Shown one piece after another: positions 1 to 9,972 of a DNA stretch of 64,000 nucleotides. The notes beneath the pieces are model-generated. The model did no database searches, had not been told where the DNA came from, and was given only the letters and a program-made list of their open reading frames with translations. Source of the stretch: a virus. A program made the translations under genes and the position numbers. Each line of letters opens with the position of its first letter. The first letter of the stretch is position 1. Location: positions 1 to 64,000 of IMG/VR virus record IMGVR_UViG_3300013132_000026. One strand, written 5' to 3'.

Positions 1-920
1 GACCCGACGACTCTCGCGCCGCCTTTAATCGTGGATGGTATGAACTGCGCGATGGCAACTTCCGCCTCGGCCACCAACTGCTGCGCCGTGGTCGTAAGGT
101 AGGAGTGTTTGGCAACAGCAAGCCCAACACGCCCCAGCCAGAGTGGAACGGCAAGCCCTGTGCTACGCTGCTCATGTACCTTGAAGGCGGACTAGGGGAC
201 CAGATTCAGCAGCTAGGCTATATCCGCAATGTCCGCCAAACGGAAACAGCCGACATCATTGTTTCCTGCTCAGGCGAGCTAGTGCGCTTTGTCCACGACG
301 CCAATCTTTGTTCGGCGGTGGTGCAGCACGGCGCGGAATACGGCGTTTACCACGACTGCTGGATGGCTGGTATGTCAGCTCCGGCATACATGAACTTATC
401 CAAAGAGATGATTCATGGCGACCCGTACCTCGACAAGATCCCATATGTCCGCCAGTCCAAGAAGCTGCGGGTGGGTTTACGTTGGTCGGGCAACAAGCAG
501 TTTGAGGCCCAGCACCATAAGCTATTCCCAGCACCCCTATTCTTTGATGCCGTCAAGCGGGACGACGTAGAGTTCATTAGCCTGCAACGGGACGCCGACT
601 TGGAATACAAGCCCGATTGGGTGCAAACGATACCCCTTGATACATGGTCTGATACCCAAGCCGCCGTCAGCACCTGCGACCTCGTAATCTCGTCCTGCAC
701 GTCCGTTTCGCACCTTTCTGCGGCAATGGGCGTGCCAACGTGGGTTGTCATTCCTGTAATGGGGTATTATCTGTATGCGGAACCCGGTCCCAAGACGCCC
801 TACTACAACTCTATGCGGCTGTTTCGCCAGCAGAAGTATGGCGATTGGTCGTATCCATTTGGACAAATCAAACAAGAACTGCTTACTTTAGCAGAAAATC
901 ACCAAAGTATTAAAATATAA
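1..920 (+). CDS. TPR + GT9-like (GT-B fold) glycosyltransferase, 5' truncated by the window edge
   Basis: Frame is open from position 3 (PDDSRAAFNRGWYELR...). Motifs EGGLGDQIQ, RVGLRWSGN, FISLQ and DLVISSCTSVSHLSAAMGVPTW are typical of TPR/heptosyltransferase-like proteins. Confidence 0.8.
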   Translation, partial: PDDSRAAFNRGWYELRDGNFRLGHQLLRRGRKVGVFGNSKPNTPQPEWNGKPCATLLMYLEGGLGDQIQQLGYIRNVRQTETADIIVSCSGELVRFVHDANLCSAVVQHGAEYGVYHDCWMAGMSAPAYMNLSKEMIHGDPYLDKIPYVRQSKKLRVGLRWSGNKQFEAQHHKLFPAPLFFDAVKRDDVEFISLQRDADLEYKPDWVQTIPLDTWSDTQAAVSTCDLVISSCTSVSHLSAAMGVPTWVVIPVMGYYLYAEPGPKTPYYNSMRLFRQQKYGDWSYPFGQIKQELLTLAENHQSIKI

Positions 921-949
921 TTTCGTAGAGATTTCGAGTATTTTTAATG

Positions 950-955
950 TGTAAA
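950..955 (+). promoter_or_regulatory. Candidate late-promoter motif (G)TGTAAA
   Basis: GTGTAAATAAAG lies 7 nt upstream of ATG 963. The same motif recurs before about 10 structural/lysis genes. Confidence 0.55.
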
Positions 956-962
956 TAAAGCT

Positions 963-1412
963 ATGAACTATGTATATGTAGAAGACGGCGAAATCATTGA
1001 AGGGCCGCGAGGATTGCCAAGGTCTTGGCGCAATATTTCTGGTTTAAATTTGCTCGACAATGACTCGCTCAAGAGTCTAGGATGGCTACCCGTTCGACTA
1101 GAAGAAGGAACGCCAGATGAAAAGTTTGTTGGGTCTACATTCACTATCCGAGAAAATGAAGTTGCAGAAACTAAACAGTGGAGAAAATATACAGTTGAAG
1201 AAAAACAAGAGATTGAAGTCCAAAAGGCAAAACAAACGAGATCGGAACGCAATCAAAAGCTTAAAGATTCCGATTGGACGCAAGTTCTCGACGCGCCATT
1301 AAACGAACAGGGTAAAAATTCTTGGACCGTTTATCGCCAAGCTTTGCGCGACGTTCCTTCGCAACAAGGTTTTCCTTGGAACGTAACTTGGCCAACGCTC
1401 CCATCCTCATAA
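963..1412 (+). CDS. Phage tail fibre assembly/chaperone protein
   Basis: C-terminal R.ERNQKLKDSDWTQ..D...W..YRQALRDVPSQQGFPWNVTWP signature. Confidence 0.8.
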   Translation: MNYVYVEDGEIIEGPRGLPRSWRNISGLNLLDNDSLKSLGWLPVRLEEGTPDEKFVGSTFTIRENEVAETKQWRKYTVEEKQEIEVQKAKQTRSERNQKLKDSDWTQVLDAPLNEQGKNSWTVYRQALRDVPSQQGFPWNVTWPTLPSS

Positions 1413-1439
1413 CCTTCAATATCACGGGATTCAGCCTTC

Positions 1440-1465
1440 AAAGCCCTCATTTTGGGGGCTTTTTT
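1440..1465 (+). terminator. Rho-independent terminator
   Basis: AAAGCCCTC-attt-TGGGGGCTTT hairpin followed by a T run, just after stop 1412. Confidence 0.75.
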
Positions 1466-1532
1466 ATTTAATTTATCGCAGCTATACTTACAATTTTAGA
1501 TGTAAAGTATACTAAGGTCAACGGGCTTTAAC

Positions 1533-2177
1533 ATGGGCAAATATTATCTAGGTCTACAGTCTGGCACACAAACGAATTTTTCGGTTGTGGATGCTACTGG
1601 AGTAATCAGTGACCTAGACCTTTCTGGCCTATACCTGAGCGCAACGGGAAAAGCCGCAGATGCGGAGCTTTTGGACGGTTTGGACGGTACATATTACCGC
1701 AATGCCGCGAACCTTACAGGAACGCTTTTTGTCGAAATTACGGGAACCGTACCCAACTCTGAAAAGCTTAACGGCCAATCTGGATCTTACTACCGCGATA
1801 TCACGAATATTACGGGTGCTTTAACTACTGGCTCTTCACTCTTATATGGCGACGGATCGGGCAGATTTGCCAACGCTACGATAGGAAGTGGCCTTTTGTT
1901 CACTGGAGGCGTTTTACACGCTACTGGTGGGGCAAACTTAACTGGCGGCGCGAACATCTTGGTAACGAGTACCGGATCGGGCAATATCACAATTTCAACA
2001 ACAACTGGAGCCTACAGCGGGACGTTCTCGGGAATGTTCACTGGAGTTTTCTTAACTAGACAAGTATACAATGAAGATATCACGATTCCGAGTGGCTTCA
2101 ATGGACTATTAGTCGGTCCAGTCGGCATTAACTCAAACTCTTCAGTTGAAGCTGGAGGCTACTTAGTTGTAATTTAA
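1533..2177 (+). CDS. Tail fibre-like virion protein, S/T-G rich
   Basis: ADAELLDGLDGTYYRNAANLTGT fibre repeats; C-terminal ITIPSGFNGLLVGPV...LVVI motif common in phage fibre islands; TGTAAA upstream at 1501. Confidence 0.65.
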   Translation: MGKYYLGLQSGTQTNFSVVDATGVISDLDLSGLYLSATGKAADAELLDGLDGTYYRNAANLTGTLFVEITGTVPNSEKLNGQSGSYYRDITNITGALTTGSSLLYGDGSGRFANATIGSGLLFTGGVLHATGGANLTGGANILVTSTGSGNITISTTTGAYSGTFSGMFTGVFLTRQVYNEDITIPSGFNGLLVGPVGINSNSSVEAGGYLVVI

Positions 2178-2178
2178 A

Positions 2179-2985
2179 ATGAGCGTTTTAAAAGTAAATA
2201 ATATTCAACCATTTACGAGCGGCGCAACAGTGACGTTCGGGCAAGTATCTTTCCCCAGTGGCGTCGTTGGCGCTTTAAATGCAACTACATTAGACAGTCA
2301 ATCGGGCGCGTATTATCGCGATGCTGCAAACTTAACGGGTACGATCAACGCAACACAGCTTAACAGTCAACCAGATTCTTATTATTTAAATTTAGCAAAT
2401 GTTACTGGTACTTTGCCAGTATCAAAAGGCGGAAGCGGGGCGACAACTTTAAGTGGGATTTTAAAAGGAAATGGAACTGACGCTTTTTCGGCGGCTACGG
2501 CAGGCACAGATTATGTCGTCTCCTCATCTCCAACTGTTTTCACAGCAACTCAAACATTTAGTGGAACTACAAGTGGCATTTCAATGGTTCTTAATGACGC
2601 CGCAGAAGTTGTTACTGTAACTGGAGTTGCTGCGGGCAGCACAATTAATTATGATGTAACAACTCAGTCCGTATTGTATTATACATCAAATGCAACTGGC
2701 AACTGGACAACAAATTTCCGCGCTTCGTCTGGAACTAGCTTGAACACGGCTTTGGCGATTGGTCAAAGTGCGACGGTAGTTTTTCTTGTGACTAACGGAA
2801 GCACAGCCTATTACAACTCAAGCGTGCAGGTTGACGGAACGACTAGTGGCGTCAGCACTAAATGGCAAGGAGGCACAGCTCCGACGGCGGGCAACGCATC
2901 AAGCATTGACGCTTACTCGTATACGGCCATAAAAACTGCAAACGCGACATTTACAGTTCTAGCGTCGCAAACTCGGTTTGCCTAA
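2179..2985 (+). CDS. Tail fibre-like virion protein
   Basis: N-terminal MSVLKVNNIQP; YYxxAANLTG repeats; LPVSKGGSGATT; C-terminal KWQGGTAPT...DAYSY domain. Confidence 0.65.
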   Translation: MSVLKVNNIQPFTSGATVTFGQVSFPSGVVGALNATTLDSQSGAYYRDAANLTGTINATQLNSQPDSYYLNLANVTGTLPVSKGGSGATTLSGILKGNGTDAFSAATAGTDYVVSSSPTVFTATQTFSGTTSGISMVLNDAAEVVTVTGVAAGSTINYDVTTQSVLYYTSNATGNWTTNFRASSGTSLNTALAIGQSATVVFLVTNGSTAYYNSSVQVDGTTSGVSTKWQGGTAPTAGNASSIDAYSYTAIKTANATFTVLASQTRFA

Positions 2986-2986
2986 A

Positions 2987-3958
2987 ATGCCACTACTGCA
3001 AACTACAGCATCTGCATCTGCGCGCGGCTTTGGCTTCCTAGCTCGCAGCGCCGTGCCACTTGAGGTGAGCTATCTTGTCGTAGCTGGCGGAGGCGGAGCC
3101 GGTTCTGGCATGGGTGGCGGCGGCGGTGCTGGCGGGTTCAGGACGGCAACAGGATTCATAGTCTTTCGCGGAACGACGTACACTGTCACGGTAGGAGCAG
3201 GTGGAGCGGGAGCCTCAGCTGGTTTAGGAAACGTCGGATTTAGCGGAGGCGACTCAGTTTTCTCAACGATCACTTCAACAGGCGGTGGTCGCAGCGGTGC
3301 ATTCATCACAGCTGGCGCGTCAGGAGGTAGCGGCGGTGGTGGAGGTCAAGCACCGTCTGGAAGCGCCGGAGGAGCAGGCAACACGCCATCAACAAGTCCA
3401 TCGCAAGGAAGCAGCGGCGGAAATGGAACATCTGACTATGCTGCTACCGGAGGCGGTGGCGGGTCCGCTGGTGTTGGTCCCAACGGTGTAACAAATTCGG
3501 CAGGATTTGTTGGGGATGTTTATACAGTCTATGCGACCAGTGGCAGCGGTGGAGCAAAAACTGATAGCAACTACAGCGGCGGTAATGTAGTTTACTCAGG
3601 CGGCGGTGGTGGAGGAGCAAGAACCGATAGCAGTTCTACGCCGGGAGCTGAGTACGCTTACTATGGCACACAAGGCGCCGCCGCCCCCGGTGTCGGTTCT
3701 GGTTCTATAGGATCGAATAGTTCTTCTTACAATGCAGGGAGTCAAAACGGTCTTGCAAATCAAGGAATGGGCGGTGGCGGCGGTGGATACGACAGTATCG
3801 GCGGAGCTGGTCAAGGTGGCAATGGTGGATCTGGCCGCGTCGTAATCATTTATCCAGACACCTTTGACGCTGCGGCAACCTACAGCGGAGCAACTTATAC
3901 GGTATCTGGAGGCTTTCGTCGTTACGTCTTCGACTCATCCGGTTCAATTCGTTTCTAA
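2987..3958 (+). CDS. Glycine-rich domain virion/fibre protein
   Basis: ATG at 2987 follows the upstream stop; YLVVAGGGG...GGGGAGG...YTVTVGAGG...GGNGGSGRVVIIYP glycine-rich signature. Confidence 0.75.
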   Translation: MPLLQTTASASARGFGFLARSAVPLEVSYLVVAGGGGAGSGMGGGGGAGGFRTATGFIVFRGTTYTVTVGAGGAGASAGLGNVGFSGGDSVFSTITSTGGGRSGAFITAGASGGSGGGGGQAPSGSAGGAGNTPSTSPSQGSSGGNGTSDYAATGGGGGSAGVGPNGVTNSAGFVGDVYTVYATSGSGGAKTDSNYSGGNVVYSGGGGGGARTDSSSTPGAEYAYYGTQGAAAPGVGSGSIGSNSSSYNAGSQNGLANQGMGGGGGGYDSIGGAGQGGNGGSGRVVIIYPDTFDAAATYSGATYTVSGGFRRYVFDSSGSIRF

Positions 3959-3959
3959 C

Positions 3960-4316
3960 ATGGCCCACTTCGCAAAAGTTGAAAACGGAATCGTAACAAA
4001 CGTGATCGTAGCGGATCAGGAAGTTATTGATTCTGGAATTTTTGGTCATGACTGGGTTCAGACGTCATACAATACGATAGGCGGGCAACATCCAGAAGGC
4101 AGGCCGCTCCGTAAGAATTTCGCATCTGTTGGGTTTTCATACGATGCAACGCGCGACGCCTTCATACCTCCGCAGCCTTTTCCGTCTTGGACACTTAACG
4201 AAAACACTTGCTTGTGGGAACCACCGATTGCGTATCCTATAGGAGGTCCGCTGCACCATTGGGACGAAGAATCTCAATCTTGGATCAAAATTCCTTTCCC
4301 GTCTGTAAGCCAATAA
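3960..4316 (+). CDS. Conserved phage protein that typically follows Gly-rich fibre genes (chaperone-like)
   Basis: MAHFAKVENGIVTNVIV...WVQTSYNT...LRKNFAS.G..YD..RDAFIPPQPFPSWTLNE.TC.WEPP; true start at ATG 3960. Confidence 0.7.
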   Translation: MAHFAKVENGIVTNVIVADQEVIDSGIFGHDWVQTSYNTIGGQHPEGRPLRKNFASVGFSYDATRDAFIPPQPFPSWTLNENTCLWEPPIAYPIGGPLHHWDEESQSWIKIPFPSVSQ

Positions 4317-4319
4317 ATC

Positions 4320-4469
4320 ATGGCAACTCTATCGAACACCATCAAGCCGACCAATGTTCTGACAGCGACCAGCACCGCGTGGGTGTCCTACCGCCAAGCC
4401 CTCCGCGACGTTCCTTCGCAACAAGGTTTTCCTTGGAGCGTTGTCTGGCCAACTGAACCAAATTCTTAA
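4320..4469 (+). pseudogene. 49-aa chimeric remnant ORF (fibre-like N-terminus fused to the chaperone C-terminus)
   Basis: Translates to MATLSNTIKPTNVLTATSTAWVSYRQALRDVPSQQGFPWSVVWPTEPNS. The 3' half is a near copy of 1323-1397. Confidence 0.55.
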
Positions 4470-4479
4470 TTTCTAAACT

Positions 4480-5190
4480 GTGAGCGCACTAAGAACAGAT
4501 AGCATAGTTCCATTCACAAGCGGAATCGCAATTTCGTTTGGATTATCTTCGTTCCCCGAAGGCATATCTGGCGCATTGAACGCTACTAGCCTCGGCGGTG
4601 AATCTGGGTCGTATTATCTGAACTATGCGAATTTCACTGGCACGCCACAAGTTTCTGGGTCGTTCACTGGCACTTTAAGTGGCACAGCTTCGAATGCCGA
4701 TTTCTTGGATGGCCTTGATAGCACATATTTCAGAGACGGCGCGAACTTGACGGGTACGATTAATGCAACACAGCTTGATGGTCAAACTTCGGCATACTAC
4801 AGAAACGCTGCAAATCTTTCAGGTACAGCGCAGCTTTCTGGTTCGTTTACTGGTTCTTTTTCGGGCAACTTAACTGGTACAGCATCTAACGCAGACTTCT
4901 TAGATAATCTCGACAGCACTTATTTCCGCAATGCCGCGAACTTAACTGGCACGGCGAGCTTATCTGGCACATTTTCGGGCGTGTTTCGCTCTAACGCCAG
5001 CACAACTGGCAGTGCATCGATTAACTTGCCGCACGGAACCGCGCCAACATCGCCCGTTAACGGCGACCTTTGGACAACAAACTCGGGCCTTTACGTTCAG
5101 ATTAGCGGATCATCAATCGGTCCATTGACCACTGGCGCTGGTGGCGGCGCAGACGAATTTGCGAGAACAATTGCCCTTATCGGACTGTAA
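4480..5190 (+). CDS. Tail fibre-like protein with internal repeats
   Basis: GTG start; N-terminus paralogous to 2179..2985; NADFLD.LDSTYFR..ANLTGT repeats; C-terminal APTSPVNGDLW. Confidence 0.65.
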   Translation: MSALRTDSIVPFTSGIAISFGLSSFPEGISGALNATSLGGESGSYYLNYANFTGTPQVSGSFTGTLSGTASNADFLDGLDSTYFRDGANLTGTINATQLDGQTSAYYRNAANLSGTAQLSGSFTGSFSGNLTGTASNADFLDNLDSTYFRNAANLTGTASLSGTFSGVFRSNASTTGSASINLPHGTAPTSPVNGDLWTTNSGLYVQISGSSIGPLTTGAGGGADEFARTIALIGL

Positions 5191-5224
5191 TGTAAAAAAC
5201 CAAACCAATTTATAATATAAACAA

Positions 5225-6601
5225 ATGGCCGCGAGTAAAGAAGGTTTAATCGACAATATCAACTGCAAACTAACTGCGGGTGGACTTACGGATATGCAAG
5301 CTTCGCAGCTTGCGGGCGCGGCGCAAGCTTTGTGCTGCTCGTCATTTTATGCGGTTGCTTGTGCGGCTTGTTTGCCAAATGCGGCGCTGAATAAGGGAAG
5401 GTTCGTTTACGTTCAAGACACTGGAAGATATACATATAGTAATGGGACAAGTTGGACAAATGAGTTTTGTTCTGCTATAACAGTGGCAAATTTATGGGCA
5501 TGGGGAAATAATGGCAGCGGTCAGCTTGGAACCGGAACAACAACAAGCGCCGCCTCACCAACGACAACTGCTGGCGGCGGCACTAATTGGTGTCAAATTT
5601 CTACGGCCAGAGGTCCAACTTATAATTTCTCAGCTGGCGTAAAGACAGACGGGACTTTATGGACTTGGGGATACAATACATACGGATCGCTAGGTGACGG
5701 AACAACCACGAATCGGTCTTCGCCAGGAACAGTTGCAGGAGGCGGAAGTACTTGGTGCCTAGTAAAATTAGGAGGCCTCTCCTCGGCAGCAGTCAAGACG
5801 GACGGAACTCTTTGGACTTGGGGATATAATGGCAATGGAATATTGGGAACGGGAACAACCACGGCTCGGTCTTCGCCAGGAACGGTTGCTGGAGGTGGCA
5901 CAACTTGGAAAGATGTTTCATTAGGCGGCGGACTTTTCATTTTCAACCATGCAATGGCAGTAAAGACCGATGGAACTTTATGGACTTGGGGAATAAATGG
6001 ATATGGTCAGCTTGGAACTGGAAATACTACAGCAAGATCTTCTCCTGGCACTGTAGCTGGAGGAGGCTCAACTTGGTGTGGTGTGGCCACGACAAACCAT
6101 TACTCGGCAGCGGTCAAGACGGACGGTACGCTATGGACGTGGGGAACTAACGGATATGGTCAGCTTGGAGACGGAACAACGACGAGTCGTTCATCGCCAG
6201 GAACAACTGCTGGTGGAGGTAATACTTGGTGCGCAGTTTCAGCTGGGCAGCTATATGTGGCTGCTTTAAAAACTGATGGTACGCTATGGACTTGGGGAAA
6301 TAACGGATATGGTCAGCTTGGAGACGGAACAACGACAAGCCGTAGATCGCCAGGAACTACGGCTGGAGGCGGAACAACTTGGTGTCTTATTTGCGCTGCC
6401 GAATGTGCTATGGGTGCCGTTAAAACAGACGGAAGTCTTTGGTTATGGGGACAAAATTGTTGCGATAAATTTGGAGACGGATCATCATCAAATCGCTGTT
6501 CTCCAGTCTCTTTGGCCGCTCCATCTGGAACTTCTGGGTGGAAATCTGTAGCTCCTAGTCGTCAGTTTACTATGGGCATAGCAAACCCAACTGGATTCTA
6601 A
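5225..6601 (+). CDS. RCC1/BLIP-II beta-propeller repeat protein 1 (putative receptor-binding or decoration protein)
   Basis: About 7 repeats of [41 protein letters not shown]. Confidence 0.85.
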   Translation: MAASKEGLIDNINCKLTAGGLTDMQASQLAGAAQALCCSSFYAVACAACLPNAALNKGRFVYVQDTGRYTYSNGTSWTNEFCSAITVANLWAWGNNGSGQLGTGTTTSAASPTTTAGGGTNWCQISTARGPTYNFSAGVKTDGTLWTWGYNTYGSLGDGTTTNRSSPGTVAGGGSTWCLVKLGGLSSAAVKTDGTLWTWGYNGNGILGTGTTTARSSPGTVAGGGTTWKDVSLGGGLFIFNHAMAVKTDGTLWTWGINGYGQLGTGNTTARSSPGTVAGGGSTWCGVATTNHYSAAVKTDGTLWTWGTNGYGQLGDGTTTSRSSPGTTAGGGNTWCAVSAGQLYVAALKTDGTLWTWGNNGYGQLGDGTTTSRRSPGTTAGGGTTWCLICAAECAMGAVKTDGSLWLWGQNCCDKFGDGSSSNRCSPVSLAAPSGTSGWKSVAPSRQFTMGIANPTGF

Positions 6602-6612
6602 TATTTAATTTC

Positions 6613-7932
6613 ATGAACGTCTCAAATTTAGAGTTAATTCTTGTTCAAAAAATTAGCAATTCAACTTCAACGTTGGATACGCTGATTTACTCTAAAGCTT
6701 TGCAAGAATTGAAGACTGGTACAATTACAGTTGTAAATACAACTGCCGATTTGCCGAATCCAAACACAGCTTTCATTGGACATTTGTTTTACGAAAAGAC
6801 TACCGAGGCAATGTATATTGTTGACAAGTTAGGCTATGCAAAAAAAATACCGATAGAAAGAAGTTTATACACTTGGGGAAATAACGGATATGGTCAGCTT
6901 GGAGACGGAACAACGACGAGTCGTTCATCGCCAGGAACAGTGGCTGGACCTAAAGCGGACTGGATTGCGGTAAGTTCTGGGCGTGTTGTAACGGCTGCGA
7001 TTAAAATTGACGGTACGCTATGGACTTGGGGGGGTAATAATGTCGGCCAATTAGGAGACGGAACAACGACGAGTCGTTCCTCACCAGGAACAGTGGCTGG
7101 AGGCGGAAGTACTTGGTGCTCGGCTTCTTCTGGTCACTGTCATACCGCTGCCGTTAAAAGCGATGGAACTTTATGGACTTGGGGATACAATTCATGGGGA
7201 ATGCTAGGTGACGGAACAACGACAAGCCGTAGATCGCCAGGAACTACGGCTGGAGGCGGAACAACTTGGTGCGCCGTAAGTGCTGGTCGTTGTTATACCG
7301 CTGCCGTTAGAACCGATGGTACGCTATGGACTTGGGGAGTAAATGGATATGGTCAGCTTGGAGACGGAACAACAACGGCTCGGTCTTCGCCAGGAACAGT
7401 TGCAGGAGCTGGAACAACTTGGTGCTTGGCTTCTTCTGGTTTCTTTCATACCGCTGCCGTTAAAAGCGATGGAACTTTATGGACTTGGGGAAATAATGGC
7501 AACGGTCGCTTAGGAGATGGAACAACCACGAATCGGTCTTCGCCAGGAACAGTTGCAGGAGCTGGAACAACTTGGTGTGGTGTGGCCACGACAAACCATT
7601 ACTCGGCAGCGGTCAAGACGGACGGTACGCTATGGACGTGGGGATACAATGCATACGGATCGCTAGGTGACGGAACAGTCACGGCTCGGTCTTCGCCAGG
7701 AACTACGGCTGGAGGCGGAACAACTTGGTGCGCCGTAAGTGCTGGTCGTTGTTATACCGCTGCCGTTAAAACCGATGGTACGCTATGGACTTGGGGAATA
7801 AATGGATATGGTCAACTTGGAACTGGAAATACGACACAGCGTTCATCGCCAGGAACAGTGGCTGGAGGAGGAACAACTTGGAGTAAAGTGAGTGCTGGAT
7901 ACTTTCATACTGCCGCGATTGGACCTCTCTAA
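6613..7932 (+). CDS. RCC1/BLIP-II beta-propeller repeat protein 2
   Basis: About 7 RCC1 repeats after an ~85-aa N-terminal domain. Confidence 0.85.
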   Translation: MNVSNLELILVQKISNSTSTLDTLIYSKALQELKTGTITVVNTTADLPNPNTAFIGHLFYEKTTEAMYIVDKLGYAKKIPIERSLYTWGNNGYGQLGDGTTTSRSSPGTVAGPKADWIAVSSGRVVTAAIKIDGTLWTWGGNNVGQLGDGTTTSRSSPGTVAGGGSTWCSASSGHCHTAAVKSDGTLWTWGYNSWGMLGDGTTTSRRSPGTTAGGGTTWCAVSAGRCYTAAVRTDGTLWTWGVNGYGQLGDGTTTARSSPGTVAGAGTTWCLASSGFFHTAAVKSDGTLWTWGNNGNGRLGDGTTTNRSSPGTVAGAGTTWCGVATTNHYSAAVKTDGTLWTWGYNAYGSLGDGTVTARSSPGTTAGGGTTWCAVSAGRCYTAAVKTDGTLWTWGINGYGQLGTGNTTQRSSPGTVAGGGTTWSKVSAGYFHTAAIGPL

Positions 7933-7941
7933 TTTTTCTTT

Positions 7942-8568
7942 ATGTACGTCTTATCTTATAAAAACAGAGTCATCGCGGGACCGAGGGACTGGAACGCTGG
8001 AATGTTCACCTACGCTCTTGAGAGCGTCGGGATTCAAAAGCCAGTGCCGAGCGTCGCGCCAGCGGAGCTTCCGCTCACGATCAACGCAGATGCTAAAATT
8101 AGCGAATGCACGCTCGTTTATCCCGAGTATAATAAAAAAATCCAATATATTCACGGGCCATTCTGGGACTTTTCCAAGGACGTTACTGTTGGCACGTTCG
8201 AAGTTAAAGAAACGCCGCTCGAACTCATTCAGAACGACTTGAAGGCAATCGTTGCTGCCGAACGTTACAAGAATGAAACGGCAGGCACAAAGACGACCAT
8301 TCAAAACAAAGAAGTTACCATCGACACGACTCGCGGAGCGCGAGACATCTTTGCGCAAAAGTATTTGTTGATGACCGATAACGAAACTGTTAACTGGAAG
8401 TTTCCAGAGGGCTGGCTCACGCTCACAAAGCCCGAATTGGGCCAAATTGTGAATGCGGCAGTTGCGCACATTCAAAGCAAATTCGATTGGGAAAAGAACA
8501 AGAGTGCCGAGATTAACGCCGCTACAACTGGCGCACAACTCGACGCGATTGTATTAACAGAAGAGTAA
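7942..8568 (+). CDS. Tail fibre chaperone-like protein (DUF4376-like C-terminus)
   Basis: [11 protein letters not shown]...IDTTR...VNWK...W.TLT..EL..I..A...HIQ..F.WE.....I.AA pattern. Confidence 0.65.
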   Translation: MYVLSYKNRVIAGPRDWNAGMFTYALESVGIQKPVPSVAPAELPLTINADAKISECTLVYPEYNKKIQYIHGPFWDFSKDVTVGTFEVKETPLELIQNDLKAIVAAERYKNETAGTKTTIQNKEVTIDTTRGARDIFAQKYLLMTDNETVNWKFPEGWLTLTKPELGQIVNAAVAHIQSKFDWEKNKSAEINAATTGAQLDAIVLTEE

Positions 8569-8576
8569 ACTTTAAA

Positions 8577-9938
8577 ATGGCGCTTCTTAACACAGGATGT
8601 TTAATCTCAACGATTCAGGCAGACGTGACCGGAATAACAACTGGTTATGCGGCGGAATGCTTTGCGGTGCTTGCTGCTGCCGTTGATAGCGCAACGCAAG
8701 ACCGTTGCGTTACTGTACCAACGAGCGGTTCGTTGCCGAGCCTTTATCCTACGCAAACAATTCCGCAAGGCCAAGTGATGTTTGTGGAGGATGTGGGCGT
8801 TCCTGTAATCGCGGCGAGTGGAAAGTGGATAGGGTTCGACCAGAGAGCGTTTAGATATGACTTCCCAACAAAAACATTATATACTTGGGGGTGCGGTAAT
8901 GCGCTTGGAGTCGGAGCTAATACAAGTCGATCCTCACCTGGAACAACGGTTGGCAATATCGTAACTTGGAGTTCTGTATCTGCTGGGCAAGATGCAGCCG
9001 CTGGAATTAAAACTGACGGTACATTATGGACTTGGGGCGTTGGAAATTATGGCATGCTGGGAAATGGAGCGGGGTATACGACAAATTCTCCAGGAACAAC
9101 TGCTGGAGGCGGAACTAACTGGTGTCGAATTTCAGTAGGAAGCGCTCATATGGCAGGCATCAAAACTGATGGCACCCTATGGACTTGGGGATATAATGGC
9201 AGTGGTCAGTTAGGAACTGGAAATACAACATCTCGTAACTCTCCTGGTACAGTCGCTGGAGGTGGATCAACGTGGTGTCAGGTTTCGGCGGCAAGAGCTT
9301 ACACTGTAGCTGTAAAAACAGATGGTACATTTTGGAGTTGGGGGGCAAATGGATATGGTCAACTCGGGAACGCGACAAATACAAATCGATCATCGCCTGG
9401 GACTCTCTCTGGAGGTGGAACTATATGGTGCAAGGCTATTGCTAGTAGTATGTCGTGTCATACCGCTGGATTAAAAACAGACGGGACAATTTGCACTTGG
9501 GGGGCGGGTGGATATGGAAGATTGGGAGGTGGCTCAACAGCTAACATAAACGCACCAAGCGCTGTTTCTGGAGGCGGAACAACTTGGTGCGATGCAGCTG
9601 TAGGATCTAATTTCACTGTGGCGTTAAAAAGCGATAATACTCTTTGGACTTGGGGACATAATGGATATGGAACATTGGGAACGGGAACAACCACGAATCG
9701 GTCTTCGCCAGGAACAGTGGCTGGAGGCGGAAGTACTTGGTGCTCGGCTTCTTCTGGTCTCTCGCATACCGCTGCCGTTAAAACCGATGGAACTTTATGG
9801 ACTTGGGGCTGCAATGGCAACGGTCGCTTAGGAGATGGTACAACAACTAATAGATCGTCTCCTGGCACAACAGCGGGCGGAGGTACGACTTGGAGTGCAG
9901 TTGGCGCTGGTCAACTTTATTCTCTAGGCTTAAGATAA
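8577..9938 (+). CDS. RCC1/BLIP-II beta-propeller repeat protein 3
   Basis: About 7 RCC1 repeats. Confidence 0.85.
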   Translation: MALLNTGCLISTIQADVTGITTGYAAECFAVLAAAVDSATQDRCVTVPTSGSLPSLYPTQTIPQGQVMFVEDVGVPVIAASGKWIGFDQRAFRYDFPTKTLYTWGCGNALGVGANTSRSSPGTTVGNIVTWSSVSAGQDAAAGIKTDGTLWTWGVGNYGMLGNGAGYTTNSPGTTAGGGTNWCRISVGSAHMAGIKTDGTLWTWGYNGSGQLGTGNTTSRNSPGTVAGGGSTWCQVSAARAYTVAVKTDGTFWSWGANGYGQLGNATNTNRSSPGTLSGGGTIWCKAIASSMSCHTAGLKTDGTICTWGAGGYGRLGGGSTANINAPSAVSGGGTTWCDAAVGSNFTVALKSDNTLWTWGHNGYGTLGTGTTTNRSSPGTVAGGGSTWCSASSGLSHTAAVKTDGTLWTWGCNGNGRLGDGTTTNRSSPGTTAGGGTTWSAVGAGQLYSLGLR

Positions 9939-9972
9939 TATTAAAATTCTGTTTCGTACCATATAATATGGT

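Larger units (their letters stand above)
5488..9905 (+). repeat. ~53-aa (~159-nt) RCC1 repeat family shared across three genes
   Basis: Exact DNA blocks are shared between genes, e.g. 6069-6145 = 7568-7644 (77 nt) and 6323-6384 = 7210-7271. Confidence 0.9.

Noticed and set aside
1323-4456. Chaperone 3'-end duplicate as a DGR TR/VR pair
   Set aside because: Mismatches involve all bases and are largely synonymous, and no RT is present.
5488-9905. RCC1 repeats as a CRISPR array or DGR template/variable repeats
   Set aside because: The repeats are in-frame coding units without unique spacers, the differences are not adenine-specific, and no reverse transcriptase or cas operon is in the window.
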